From positions 128,001 to 192,000 of the forward strand of contig CAXXLQ010000004.1 in NCBI GenBank assembly GCA_963668695.2: 64,000 nucleotides of DNA, given 5' to 3'. The translations under genes were made by a program, and so were the position numbers. This DNA comes from Vicinamibacteria bacterium. GTDB taxonomy: Bacteria > Acidobacteriota > Vicinamibacteria > Marinacidobacterales > Marinacidobacteraceae. The notes beneath the pieces were generated by a model. That model searched no databases. It was not told the DNA's origin and was given only the letters and a program-made list of their open reading frames with translations. Positions 50,578 to 60,057 of this stretch are shown here, in pieces; position 1 is the stretch's first letter, and the number at the start of each line of letters is the position of its first letter.

Positions 50578-51480
50578 ATGAACCTGCTGGACCGGGCCAT
50601 CGCCGGGACCCTCCCGCTCCTGCCGAAAGCGTTGGTGCGGCCGTTCGCCCGGCGCTACGTCGCGGGCGAGACGGTCGAGCAGCTCGTTCGCGAAACCGAA
50701 GCGCTCAACCGCCAGGGGTATCTGGTGGCGATCAGTCAGCTTGGGGAGTTCGTCACGGGTCGCGCCGAAGCGGAGGAGGCAACCGCGGTGTACCGACAGG
50801 TCCTCGACGAACTCCACGCGCGGCAGCTCTCGGCCTACGTCCACGTGAAGTTGACGCAGCTCGGGCTCATGATCGACCGCGACTTCTGCCGCGACCAGGT
50901 CCGTTCCCTGCTCGACCACGCGGCCCGGCACGGGGAAACCTTTGTGCGGATGGACATGGAGGACAGCCCGCAGATCGACGCCACGCTCGGCCTCTACCGG
51001 GAACTCCGTCCCGACTACCCGAACTTCGGGGTGGTCCTCCAGGCGCGCATGCGGCGCAGCCTGGCCGACGCCCGGGAACTCGCCAAGCTGCAGGCCAACG
51101 TGCGCGTCTGCAAGGGGGTCTATCTGGAGCCCCACGAGATCGCCTACACCGAGCCGCAGATCATCCGGGACCACTACCTGGCCATCCTGCGAACCCTGCT
51201 CTTGGCCGGGTGTTACGTGGCCATCGCCACCCACGACGAGTGGCTCGTCTTCCAGGCCTCCCGCATCATCGATGAACTCGGGCTCCCGCCCGAGCGCTAC
51301 GAGTTCCAGATGCTCCACGGAGTGCGCCCCCGGCTTCGCGAGATCGTGAAGGCGGCGGGACACCGGGTCCGGGTCGGAGTGCCGTTTGGTCCCGAGTGGA
51401 TGCCCTATTCCCTTCGCCGTCTGCGCAAGAACCCGGAAATCGCGCGCCACGTCCTGCGGGCGGTCTTTTCGCGCGGTTAG
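50578..51480 (+). CDS. Monofunctional proline dehydrogenase
   Basis: RRYVAGE, KLTQLG, RMDME, RVCKGVY, IATHD and EFQMLHG motifs. Confidence 0.9.
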   Translation: MNLLDRAIAGTLPLLPKALVRPFARRYVAGETVEQLVRETEALNRQGYLVAISQLGEFVTGRAEAEEATAVYRQVLDELHARQLSAYVHVKLTQLGLMIDRDFCRDQVRSLLDHAARHGETFVRMDMEDSPQIDATLGLYRELRPDYPNFGVVLQARMRRSLADARELAKLQANVRVCKGVYLEPHEIAYTEPQIIRDHYLAILRTLLLAGCYVAIATHDEWLVFQASRIIDELGLPPERYEFQMLHGVRPRLREIVKAAGHRVRVGVPFGPEWMPYSLRRLRKNPEIARHVLRAVFSRG

Positions 51481-51497
51481 CCCGGTACACTCGCTCC

Positions 51498-52481
51498 GTG
51501 GCACTCATTCTCACGGAGCGGGAGGTCGCGGAAATCCTCTCGATGAAGGAGGCCGTGAGGCTTCTCGAAGCGTCGTTCCGGCTCCACGCGGAGGGGAAAA
51601 CGCAGGTCGCACCGCGGCTCGTCATGCCGCTCACCGGAGTCGCCGGGAACTTCCGGATCATGGCGGCCGTGATCCCGGACATGGGTGGCTTCGGCCTCAA
51701 GACGCTGACCGGCACCCCGGGAAAACGGGCTCCCGAGGAGACCTATTTCGCGATCCTCTATTTCGACACGGAAACGGGAGCGCTCCGGGCCGTGATGCCG
51801 GGGACCCACATCACCGGAACCCGGACCGGAGCGGCCAGCGGGGTGGCGACTCGCTACCTGGCTCGCGAGGACGCCTCTTCGCTTGGTCTGATCGGGGCCG
51901 GCTTCCAGGGCCGCAACCAGGTGGCGGCGGTACGGGAGGTCCGGGACATCCGCACGGTCCGGGTGTATGACCTGTTTCCCGAAGCCGCGGCCAGCTATGC
52001 CGCCGCGCTGTCCGGGGAAGGACTCGACGCCCAACCCGTGGGAAGCGCCGAAGCCGCGGTCCGCGGCCTCGATGTCGTATGCGCCGCAACCACCACCAAA
52101 GAGCCGGTCATCCTGGCGGACTGGCTCGAGCCCGGAATGCACGTGAACTCGGTGGGAGCGAACGCTCCGGTGAAACGGGAGGTCGAAGCGGCGGCGTTTT
52201 CACGCTGCCGGGTGGTGCTCGACTTCCGGGACCAGGTCCTGGGCGAGGCCGGGGATCTGATGGCGGCGATCCGGGACGGAGCCTTCCGCGAGGATCAGCT
52301 CCACGCCGAGCTTGGCGACGTTGTCGTAGGCCGGGTGGCTGGCCGCAGCTCGCCTGACGACATCACCCTCTTCAAATCGGTCGGGGTGGCCATCGAAGAC
52401 GTGGCCTGCGCCGCCTTCGTGTACGAGGAAGCCGGGAAACGCGGACTCGGGCAGACGATGCGTCTTCAGGACGCCGGATAG
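51498..52481 (+). CDS. Ornithine cyclodeaminase/mu-crystallin family protein (copy 2)
   Basis: TGTRTGAASG, IGAGFQG, GMHVNSVG and FKSVGVAIED motifs; GTG start. Confidence 0.9.
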   Translation: MALILTEREVAEILSMKEAVRLLEASFRLHAEGKTQVAPRLVMPLTGVAGNFRIMAAVIPDMGGFGLKTLTGTPGKRAPEETYFAILYFDTETGALRAVMPGTHITGTRTGAASGVATRYLAREDASSLGLIGAGFQGRNQVAAVREVRDIRTVRVYDLFPEAAASYAAALSGEGLDAQPVGSAEAAVRGLDVVCAATTTKEPVILADWLEPGMHVNSVGANAPVKREVEAAAFSRCRVVLDFRDQVLGEAGDLMAAIRDGAFREDQLHAELGDVVVGRVAGRSSPDDITLFKSVGVAIEDVACAAFVYEEAGKRGLGQTMRLQDAG

Positions 52482-52523
52482 GACCCGGGCTGGGAAACCC
52501 GAGGCTGGGGAAAGGCGGCAACG

Positions 52524-53993
52524 ATGCAGCACACGACCGAACGGTTCACCTCCCGCTGGGGCGTCCTCCTGGCCACGATCGGAATGGCGGTCGGAACCGG
52601 GAACATCTGGCGGTTCCCCCGGATCGCGGCGCAAAACGGCGGCGGGGAGTTCCTGATCCCGTGGGTGATTTTCCTTTTCCTCTGGGCGATCCCGCTGCTG
52701 CTCGCCGAGTTCGCGCTGGGCAAGAGTTCCCGCCGCGGACCCGCCGCCGCCATCGGCGCCGCCACCGGCGCCCGGCACAACTGGATGGGGCTCTTTATCG
52801 GCCTCGTCACCACCTTCATCACCTTCTACTACTCGGTCGTCACCGGGTGGTGCCTCAAGTACTTCGTCAGCTCCTCGCTCGGCCAGCTGCAAGGTGCCGA
52901 CCCTCAGACCTACTGGGAAACCTTCACGAGCCATCCGGGCCAGCCGGTGGTGTTCCACGGGCTGGCGCTGGTGATCGGCTCTTTCATCATCTTTCGGGGA
53001 GTCGCCGCCGGCATCGAGCGGGTCAACCGCTATCTGATCCCGACGCTCTTCGCGCTGCTCCTGATGGCGGCAGTGAGAGCGGTCACGCTTCCGGGAGCCG
53101 CCGAGGGACTGCGTTTCCTCTTCGTTCCCGACCTGGGCGCACTTACCGACTACCGGATCTGGCTGGCGGCGCTTACCCAGACCGCGTGGAGCACCGGGGC
53201 CGGCTGGGGGCTCGTCACCGTCCTCGGGGCCTACGTGCCCGACGGTCAGGGTTTCGTCAAGACCGGAATCACCGCAGCCATCGCGAACAACTTCGCTTCG
53301 CTGCTCGCCGGGATCGCGGTGATCTGCACCGTCTTCGCACTCAGCACGTCCACCGAGGCCACCCAGGCGGCGCTCGGGTCGAGCAACGAGGGACTGACCT
53401 TCCTCTGGCTACCGCAGCTCTTCCTCGACATGCCGGGCGGGAACATCCTCCTGCCGCTGTTCTTCCTCACGCTCTGCTGTGCCGCCATCTCCTCCCTCAT
53501 CACCCAGCTCGAACTGGTGAACCGGATGGTGATGGATATGGGCGTCCCCCGCCGCCGATCCGTTCCCACGGTGGCTGCGGTCGCTTTCGTGATGGGGCTG
53601 CCCTCCGCCTACTCCCTCGGTTTCTTCCGCAACCAGGACTGGGTGTGGGGAGTGGCGTTGCTGGTGTCCGGACTCTTCGTCGCCATCACCGTGATTCGCC
53701 GCGGAGCGCGCCGGTTCCGTGAGGAGCACCTCATGGGTTCGGAGGAAGAGTGGCGCGTCGGCCGCTGGTTCGAACGGATCATCACCTGGCTCATCCCGGT
53801 CGAGTTCGTTGCCCTGATCACGTGGTGGATGTGGCAGTCGGCCGCCTCCTCGGGCGGTGAGTGGTGGAATCCCTTCGGCGAGTTCACGGTCGGAACGGTG
53901 GTCTTCCAGGTGGGTCTGCTGATCCTTGTCTGCCTCGGAATCAACCGTTTCGTCTGGAAGCGCACGAGCGCCGCGACCCGCGACCAAACCTGA
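52524..53993 (+). CDS. NSS (SNF) family sodium-dependent amino-acid transporter
   Basis: GMAVGTGNIWRFP, NGGGEF, FYYSVV.GW, GIERVN and NEGLTF motifs. Confidence 0.93.
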   Translation: MQHTTERFTSRWGVLLATIGMAVGTGNIWRFPRIAAQNGGGEFLIPWVIFLFLWAIPLLLAEFALGKSSRRGPAAAIGAATGARHNWMGLFIGLVTTFITFYYSVVTGWCLKYFVSSSLGQLQGADPQTYWETFTSHPGQPVVFHGLALVIGSFIIFRGVAAGIERVNRYLIPTLFALLLMAAVRAVTLPGAAEGLRFLFVPDLGALTDYRIWLAALTQTAWSTGAGWGLVTVLGAYVPDGQGFVKTGITAAIANNFASLLAGIAVICTVFALSTSTEATQAALGSSNEGLTFLWLPQLFLDMPGGNILLPLFFLTLCCAAISSLITQLELVNRMVMDMGVPRRRSVPTVAAVAFVMGLPSAYSLGFFRNQDWVWGVALLVSGLFVAITVIRRGARRFREEHLMGSEEEWRVGRWFERIITWLIPVEFVALITWWMWQSAASSGGEWWNPFGEFTVGTVVFQVGLLILVCLGINRFVWKRTSAATRDQT

Positions 53994-54012
53994 CCCCAAC
54001 CAATCCCGCGCG

Positions 54013-55308
54013 ATGAGCGAAGAGGGGAGCGCCGTTCGCCTCAGCGCGTTCGACCGCGCGCTGCTCGCGGGCGAAGAAGGGGAGGCGCCGCAGCTCGCCA
54101 TGCGCATCCTGGCGCGGATGGCCGAGGTCCGCGACGCGGGTTCGATGCTGGACATCGAGGCCGCGCACATCGACAGCACGATCTATGTAGGCGACGCCGG
54201 CCTCGAGTTCGCCGAACGCCTCGCCGGGCTCGGGGCGCGGGTGCGGGTTCCTTCCACGCTGAACGTGAGCGGGCTCGACGAATTCAACTGGCGCGACTGG
54301 TCGGTTCCTCCGGAATGGGCCGAAAAGTCGGCCCGTCAGATGCGGGCCTATGCATCCATGGGGACAATCCCCACCTGGACCTGCGCCCCCTACCAGGGCC
54401 GGCAGACCCCCCGGTTCGGACAGCAGATCGCCTGGGGCGAGTCGAATGCCGTCTGCTTCGCGAACTCGGTGATCGGAGCGCGCACCGAGCGCTACCCCGA
54501 CCTGCTCGACATCTGCTGCGCCATTACCGGGCGGGCGCCGGCCGTCGGGCTGCATCTCGACGAGAACCGGCTGGCCACCCGCGTTCTGCGACTCCGGGAC
54601 ATTCCCGAGGAACTCGCGGCCGCCGACGACTTCTACCCGGTTCTCGGCCATCTGCTGGGCCCCTTCGCCGAGGACGATCCGGTGGCAATCGCCGGATTGC
54701 CGGTCATTCCCGAGGAGGACCAGCTCAAGGCGCTCGGGGCGGCTGCCGCCTCTTCCGGCGCCGTCGCCCTCTTTCACATTCCCGGAGTCACCCCGGAAGC
54801 TCCCACCCTGCGGGACGCACTGGGCGGCCGGAAGCCGGTCGCCACCCGTGACGTCGGGCTGGAAGAACTGCGCGCGGCACGCCGGGAATTGACCACCCAT
54901 GGCGAGGGCGCCCTGGACATCGTGGTGCTCGGGAGCCCGCACTTCTCCTTCGCCGAGTTCGGGAAGCTCGCGGCCCTGCTCCACGATCGCGGCGCCCGGC
55001 GTGCTTCTTGGGAAGAAGGCGGATGCGAACTGGTGGTGACCACGAGCCGAGCCGTCCGCGACGTGGCCGAACGCGCGGGGCTGCTCGAACCGCTTCGCGC
55101 CTTCGGCGGCCGCCTCATGGTGGATACCTGTGTCCTGGCCACCCCCATGGTCCCCGGGACCACGCGCCGCCTCATGACGAACTCCGCCAAGTACGCGTGG
55201 TACTCCCCTAGCCTCCTGGGGTCGGCGGTTGCCTTCGGCAGCCTCGCCGAATGCATCGAGTCGGCCCGCGAGGGGCGGGTCGTCCGCGAGCCGGGGCCCT
55301 GGGATTAG
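54013..55308 (+). CDS. Aconitase X catalytic (large) subunit (DUF521)
   Basis: AHID, TWTCAPY, WGESNAVCFANSVIGART, FHIPGVTPEA, GSPH, DTC and TNSAK motifs. Confidence 0.9.
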   Translation: MSEEGSAVRLSAFDRALLAGEEGEAPQLAMRILARMAEVRDAGSMLDIEAAHIDSTIYVGDAGLEFAERLAGLGARVRVPSTLNVSGLDEFNWRDWSVPPEWAEKSARQMRAYASMGTIPTWTCAPYQGRQTPRFGQQIAWGESNAVCFANSVIGARTERYPDLLDICCAITGRAPAVGLHLDENRLATRVLRLRDIPEELAAADDFYPVLGHLLGPFAEDDPVAIAGLPVIPEEDQLKALGAAAASSGAVALFHIPGVTPEAPTLRDALGGRKPVATRDVGLEELRAARRELTTHGEGALDIVVLGSPHFSFAEFGKLAALLHDRGARRASWEEGGCELVVTTSRAVRDVAERAGLLEPLRAFGGRLMVDTCVLATPMVPGTTRRLMTNSAKYAWYSPSLLGSAVAFGSLAECIESAREGRVVREPGPWD

Positions 55309-55817
55309 CAGCCTGTGGCAAAACCCACGCGGCCCAGTTCTCCCGGTGGGGGCTCGACGGGCGATCCATCCCGTCCAAACAGCCTGTGATGAAACCCACG
55401 CGGCCCAGTTCTCCCGGTGGGGGCTCGGTCGGCGATCCATCCCGGCTGACCGCGTCGCTTCGCGCCGCTCATCGTTGCGTTTCGGTCGGAATACACCCGG
55501 GCCAGTTCTCCCGGTGGGGGCTCCTCCCTCACGCGCCTTGTCAGCCGGGCCCCCACCGGGAGAACTGGCCCCACCGGGAGAACTGGGCCTCACCGGCCTC
55601 GGCGCTCACGTGGGTTCCACCACCGGCTGTTCACCGCCCCGCTTCGCGGGGCTCTGCGTTGCGCTTCGGTCGAAATACACCCGGGCCAGTTCTCCCGGTG
55701 GGGGCTCCTCCCTCGCGCGCCTTGTCAGTCGGGCCCCCACCGGGAGGACTGGCCCCACCGGGAGAACTGGGCCTCGCCCGTCTCGGCGCTCACGTGGGTT
55801 TCACCACAGGCTGCTAG
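55305..55817. mobile_element. Nested composite MITE between the acnX subunit genes
   Basis: TTAG-CAGCCTGTGG...CCACAGGCTG-CTAG outer ends with a second complete copy inside. Confidence 0.85.
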
Positions 55818-56264
55818 ATGTCCGTTTCGACGAACCCGAATTCGGGCGCCGCCCGCCTTCGGGGGCAGGTGGTCGTCGCGGGAAGCGCTGCGGGAAGCGT
55901 CCTCCACACAACCCAGCCGCTGAGTTTTTGGGGCGGGTACGACGCCGCATCGGGACGGATCATCGATACGCACCACCCGTTGGCCGGGAAGACGGCGGCG
56001 GGCACGGCGCTCGTCCTGCCGGCAACGCGCGGATCGTCCACGACCACCGCGGTTCTCCTGGAGGCGATCCGGCGGGAAACGGCCCCGGCAGCCATGATCA
56101 CCCGCGGAGTGGACGCGTTCCTCGCCCTCGCCTGCGTGGTGGGACAGGAGATGTACGGCCGCTCGCCAGCGCTGGTGTGCGTCGGTGACGACGAGTTCCG
56201 GAGCCTGGCCGACTGGCCCTTTCTGGTACTCGAAGACGGAGTCCTCACCCGCGTGGATCGCTGA
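55818..56264 (+). CDS. Aconitase X swivel (small) subunit (DUF126)
   Basis: PLSFWGGYD..SG.IID.HHPL.G and RGSST motifs. Confidence 0.9.
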   Translation: MSVSTNPNSGAARLRGQVVVAGSAAGSVLHTTQPLSFWGGYDAASGRIIDTHHPLAGKTAAGTALVLPATRGSSTTTAVLLEAIRRETAPAAMITRGVDAFLALACVVGQEMYGRSPALVCVGDDEFRSLADWPFLVLEDGVLTRVDR

Positions 56265-56329
56265 TCCGTCGTCAAGGGCCAGCGGAAACGGCAGATCGGT
56301 CTCTCCCCGAACGCCGGGTTGGCTTCCGG

Positions 56330-56738
56330 CTAGGCGACGAAGAGATCGCGCAGCAGCAACAGCAGGATCGCCAGACTGGTCGTCAGCAGCACGTTCACCT
56401 TGACCTCCAGACGGGCGACCCGGTCGCGGAGGTTAACAGCCTGTGGTGAAACCCAGGCGGCGTTCGAGCGGCGATGCATCCCGCCTGAACCGCGCCGCTT
56501 TGCGGCGCTCTGCGTTGCGTTTCGGTCGAAATACACCCGGTATTCCTCCCTCACGCGCCTTGTCAGCCGGGCGCCTCGCCCCCACCGGGAGAACTGGCCG
56601 CTCTCGGCGCTCACCCGGGTTCCACCACAGGCTGTTAAGAACAAAGCCGACTGGTTCTTCCGCCGCGGCCTCTGCCAGTTCCTCCCCAACGCCAGCCTTT
56701 CGGAAGGCCGCGAACATTTGAGAGCGGATGATGGCCAT
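56330..56738 (-). pseudogene. 68-aa coiled-coil/TM small protein gene interrupted by a MITE
   Basis: Removing the element and one TTAA restores MAIIRSQMFAAFRKAGVGEELAEAAAEEPVGFVLNLRDRVARLEVKVNVLLTTSLAILLLLLRDLFVA*. Confidence 0.75.
56433..56638. mobile_element. MITE with perfect TTAA duplication
   Basis: TTAA-CAGCCTGTGGTG...CACCACAGGCTG-TTAA. Confidence 0.9.
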
Positions 56739-57029
56739 GGATAAGGCGCCTTCAGTTCATGCTAACAGCCCGTGGAAGAAGCACCCCGCACTATCCCCAC
56801 GACGGCATGCGCGCCGAATCTGGCGATTTGTGCGCGTGCGGGGCGCTTCCCCCACGGGGTGACGGCGCGAATCGCTCCGCGATCCGCGCCATCGTCTTCG
56901 GTGGGGAGGGGAAAACCCCTCCCCACGCCCCTCCCCCGCGGCGCTGCGCGCCGCGAATGGATGCCGCCAGAGTTTCGCGACCGCTTGGTGATAGCCAGAC
57001 TTGGCGCCGGCCACTGGGAATTGCCCCGC

Positions 57030-57638
57030 TCACATCGGTATCCAGCGGCCGCCGGCATGACGCTCAACGCGGATCCGGGCACTGCTTCCGTGAATCACGA
57101 TCGCGTAGACGGCGCCCTCTCCACTCACCGTGATCCGCCCGAAACCGGAACCGCCGAGAGGTGAGAACGAAATCATCCCCGCAACCCCGACGTCCAAACC
57201 GGGGACCGGCGCCGGACCCGCGGCGCCAGCGGGAGCTCCCCACCCAACTCCCGGAAAGCGCGCCCCAAACCTCCAGGGATTGTCGAGGAGACGCTCTTCG
57301 CCGGACGCGATTTCGGCCCGGCGAACTCCGTTGTGATTGGTATCCAGAACCAGCGCAACGACCGGAGTGTCGTCGGACCCGGGAATTTCGACGCCATGCC
57401 CGGCGAGCGGCGGATCGAAAACGACTGCGACGTTCGCGGCGCGGGCCGCGGCCTCCGCCCGCGCTTTCTGAAGCAGCGAGCGGATGGCCATCGCCGCGCC
57501 ACGAACGCGCTCGGCTCTCAGGTGGCCTGCGAGCGGGGGAATCGCCGTGCCGGCAAGCACCAGGAGCAGCGCCACCGCGACCAACAACTCGAGGAGGGTG
57601 AAGCCCGCGATTCGATCCGACCGCTCCACCGGAACCAC
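57030..57638 (-). CDS. Prepilin-type (FimT/GspH-like) minor pseudopilin
   Basis: AGFTLLELLVAVALL class III signal; ARAEA helix; start uncertain. Confidence 0.8.
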   Translation of the reverse strand: MVPVERSDRIAGFTLLELLVAVALLLVLAGTAIPPLAGHLRAERVRGAAMAIRSLLQKARAEAAARAANVAVVFDPPLAGHGVEIPGSDDTPVVALVLDTNHNGVRRAEIASGEERLLDNPWRFGARFPGVGWGAPAGAAGPAPVPGLDVGVAGMISFSPLGGSGFGRITVSGEGAVYAIVIHGSSARIRVERHAGGRWIPM

Positions 57639-57654
57639 GCCGCGGCGGTTCCGG

Positions 57655-57978
57655 TCACGCGGCTTTGGGTATTGCACCCGAGCGTTGGCGTCGGCCGGCA
57701 TCTTCAACCGTCACATACGGTCGGATCCGTTCGTAAAGGCGCTCGCCGATCCCCTGGACGTTCATGAGTTCCTCCGTACTGGCGAACGGTCCGTTCTCTT
57801 CGCGCCACTTGACGATGCGGGTGGCAGTGATTTCGCCGATGCGCGGCAGTTCGGTCAGTTCTTCGACGGTGGCGGTGTTGACGTTGATGGGCTCCTCGGG
57901 TTGGATGGCGGACACCGCCAGCATCGCCGAGGAAACGAGGGCCAGGAGGGCGAGAAACGGAACGCGGAATTGGATCAT
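57655..57978 (-). CDS. comEA: ComEA family helix-hairpin-helix DNA-binding protein
   Basis: INVNTAT.EEL..LPRIG..TA.RIV..R..NGPF...EELMNV.GIG; signal peptide; strong RBS AAGGAG. Confidence 0.9.
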   Translation of the reverse strand: MIQFRVPFLALLALVSSAMLAVSAIQPEEPINVNTATVEELTELPRIGEITATRIVKWREENGPFASTEELMNVQGIGERLYERIRPYVTVEDAGRRQRSGAIPKAA

Positions 57979-58518
57979 GTATATCTCCTTGTGTGTTGAT
58001 TTGATTGATTGAATACACATTGGTATATGTGACATTGACTGCTTCCAAGAAGCACATCCAGAGAGGGTTCTGGGTACGTATCTCTCAATACATCGTTGAG
58101 AATGGACCCCGGATATACACATATAAGTGCATATCAAGTATGTGGACCTACTGCCAACATTCCGCCGATTCACGTTGCCTGGAACCGCCGGGAATACGTC
58201 TTGCCGCAACTAACGGACCAGCACCGCCCACCCGGCCGTCCGAATGTTCGCGAAGTCCCGGATGGAGACTGTTCTGCCAGTAACCCCATGTGAATTATGG
58301 GTGTTACGCACCACCTGACGACGCAGTGGCGCCACCCCGCGAACCGCCCTGCTTCCTCAAAGCCCCGTTCGGGGGCTCGGATGTCAACTGGTGTTGACGG
58401 GGTGCGTCAACAACGCTTGTCGATCGTCAAGACGTGGAGACGGCTTCTTGCGAGATCCCACCAGCGACGGAAAGAACCGGGATGTTCCTCCCGGCAGGCG
58501 ACCGTGACGCGGATCGGT

Positions 58519-59838
58519 TCAGGAACCGCCGCTCCCGTCCACCACGGTCCGGGAGGTCGGCGCGCGGGTGGGAGACGACCGCTCGGGCCGCTCGAAATCG
58601 GACACCAACTCTTCCCGCCACGCCTCGAAGAGTCCCCGATGCTCGGCGGGGATCGGGGGCCCCGGAGGCAGGATGTGGGTACGTGGGTTCAGCGGCCTTC
58701 CATGGCGTGACAGTCGGTAGTCCAGATGCGCGCCGGTCGAAACGCCCGTGGAACCCACTAGTCCGATGACGTCTCGCTGGTTGACCCGGCGGCCGGGGCG
58801 GATTTCCGACGGGATGCGAGAGAGGTGGAGATACTTGGTGATGTACCCGCCGGCGTGGCGGAGGGTCACCATGTTGCCGTTCGGGCCGCGGCTCCCGGCG
58901 TCCGCGACCACCCCGTCCGCCGTCGCCATCACCGGAGTGCCTCGCGCAGCGACATAGTCCACCCCGTAGTGCGGGCGATACACGCGGTGCACCGGGTGGA
59001 ACCGCCGGCTGGTGAAGACGCCGGAGATGCGGGTGTACGCCACCGGGCTCATCAGGAAGGTGCGTTGGATGGAGTTGCCCTCGAAGTCGTAGTAACCCGA
59101 TTCGCCGGTAGGTAGCTCGAACCGGAACGCGAAGATGGAACGCCCGGCATTGACGTAGCGGACGGCGTGAAGTTCGCCGTAGTCCTTCCACTCACCCCGG
59201 TCGTCATAGAGCTTGTCCACAACCACCGAATAACTGTCTCCCTGCCGGGTGTCGCGGTGGAAGTCGATGTCGTACTCGAGGGCTCCTGCAATCAGCACCG
59301 CGAGGTCACCCCGTTCGCCGGCGCCCACCAGACTCTGATAGAGGTTGCTGTTCACCACCCCCTGGACCACTTCCCTCCGGTTAAGCGGTTCGGCGGTGAA
59401 CTCACGCGCATTCCAACCCGCAACCGAACGAACGAGGGCCACTTCGCGGAAGTCGTCGAGCGGCAACTCCAGCCGGACCGGCACTCCGGCGCTGTCCCGA
59501 TGGAGCCACAGGGTCTGTCCTACCTTGAGGCGTCGGACATCGGTTACCGGTCCGAGCGCTTCCGAGACGGCATGGACCTCCCGCAGGGAAAAACCGTTTC
59601 GCACCAACACATCGGAAAGAGAATCGCCGCGGATGAACCGGTCCGGAACCAGGAACAGCCCCGCATCCCGATGATTCGAGGAGTCAACGGTTTTGGGCGG
59701 CTCCGCCATCCCCGGCGGTTCCGGGAGGGGGCCGTTCCACGACCGCAAAACACCGACGCCAAACAGCAAAACTCCCGCAAGCAGACCGGCAACAACTGCG
59801 GTCGCCGAGGCGAAATGGGGGGTTGGGCGGGATGTCAC
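58519..59838 (-). CDS. M23 family peptidase (MepM-like, Csd3/OapA-type N-domains)
   Basis: HYGVDY, YLHLS, VGSTGVSTGAHLDY motifs; N-terminal TM; GTG 59838. Confidence 0.9.
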   Translation of the reverse strand: MTSRPTPHFASATAVVAGLLAGVLLFGVGVLRSWNGPLPEPPGMAEPPKTVDSSNHRDAGLFLVPDRFIRGDSLSDVLVRNGFSLREVHAVSEALGPVTDVRRLKVGQTLWLHRDSAGVPVRLELPLDDFREVALVRSVAGWNAREFTAEPLNRREVVQGVVNSNLYQSLVGAGERGDLAVLIAGALEYDIDFHRDTRQGDSYSVVVDKLYDDRGEWKDYGELHAVRYVNAGRSIFAFRFELPTGESGYYDFEGNSIQRTFLMSPVAYTRISGVFTSRRFHPVHRVYRPHYGVDYVAARGTPVMATADGVVADAGSRGPNGNMVTLRHAGGYITKYLHLSRIPSEIRPGRRVNQRDVIGLVGSTGVSTGAHLDYRLSRHGRPLNPRTHILPPGPPIPAEHRGLFEAWREELVSDFERPERSSPTRAPTSRTVVDGSGGS

Positions 59839-59870
59839 GCGAGGAATTCTTGAGTATGCCACAGCGAGCC

Positions 59871-60057
59871 CTAACAACCTGTGGTGGAACCCGGGTGAGC
59901 GCCGAGGCCGGTGAGGCGCCCGGCTGACAAGGCGCGTGAGGGAGGAATACCGGGTGTATTTCGACCGAAACGCAACGCAGAACGAAGCGAAGCGGAGTGG
60001 TTCAGCCGGGATGGATCGCCGGCCGAACGCCGCGTGGGTTTCACCACAGGCTGTTAA
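59871..60057. mobile_element. MITE (no 19-bp insertions)
   Basis: CTAA-CAACCTGTGG...CCACAGGCTG-TTAA; the TTAA carries the epimerase TAA stop. Confidence 0.85.

Noticed and set aside
49612-51504. Apparent 959-aa OCD fusion protein
   Set aside because: The upstream 631 codons are antisense to the DHDPS and ProDH genes; OCD starts at 49611.
55229-56188. Recurrent small ORFs with motifs such as GPVLPVG, PHRENW and REEYRVYFDR (also near 5.9, 24, 30, 56.4, 61 and 63.6 kb)
   Set aside because: These are translations of the MITE and the 19-bp module; there are no transposase motifs and the frames are not conserved between copies.
57976-57990. AAGGAGATATACATG, resembling the T7 gene 10/pET ribosome-binding site (vector contamination?)
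   Set aside because: There is no T7 promoter, lac operator or other vector sequence; it sits naturally ahead of comEA.
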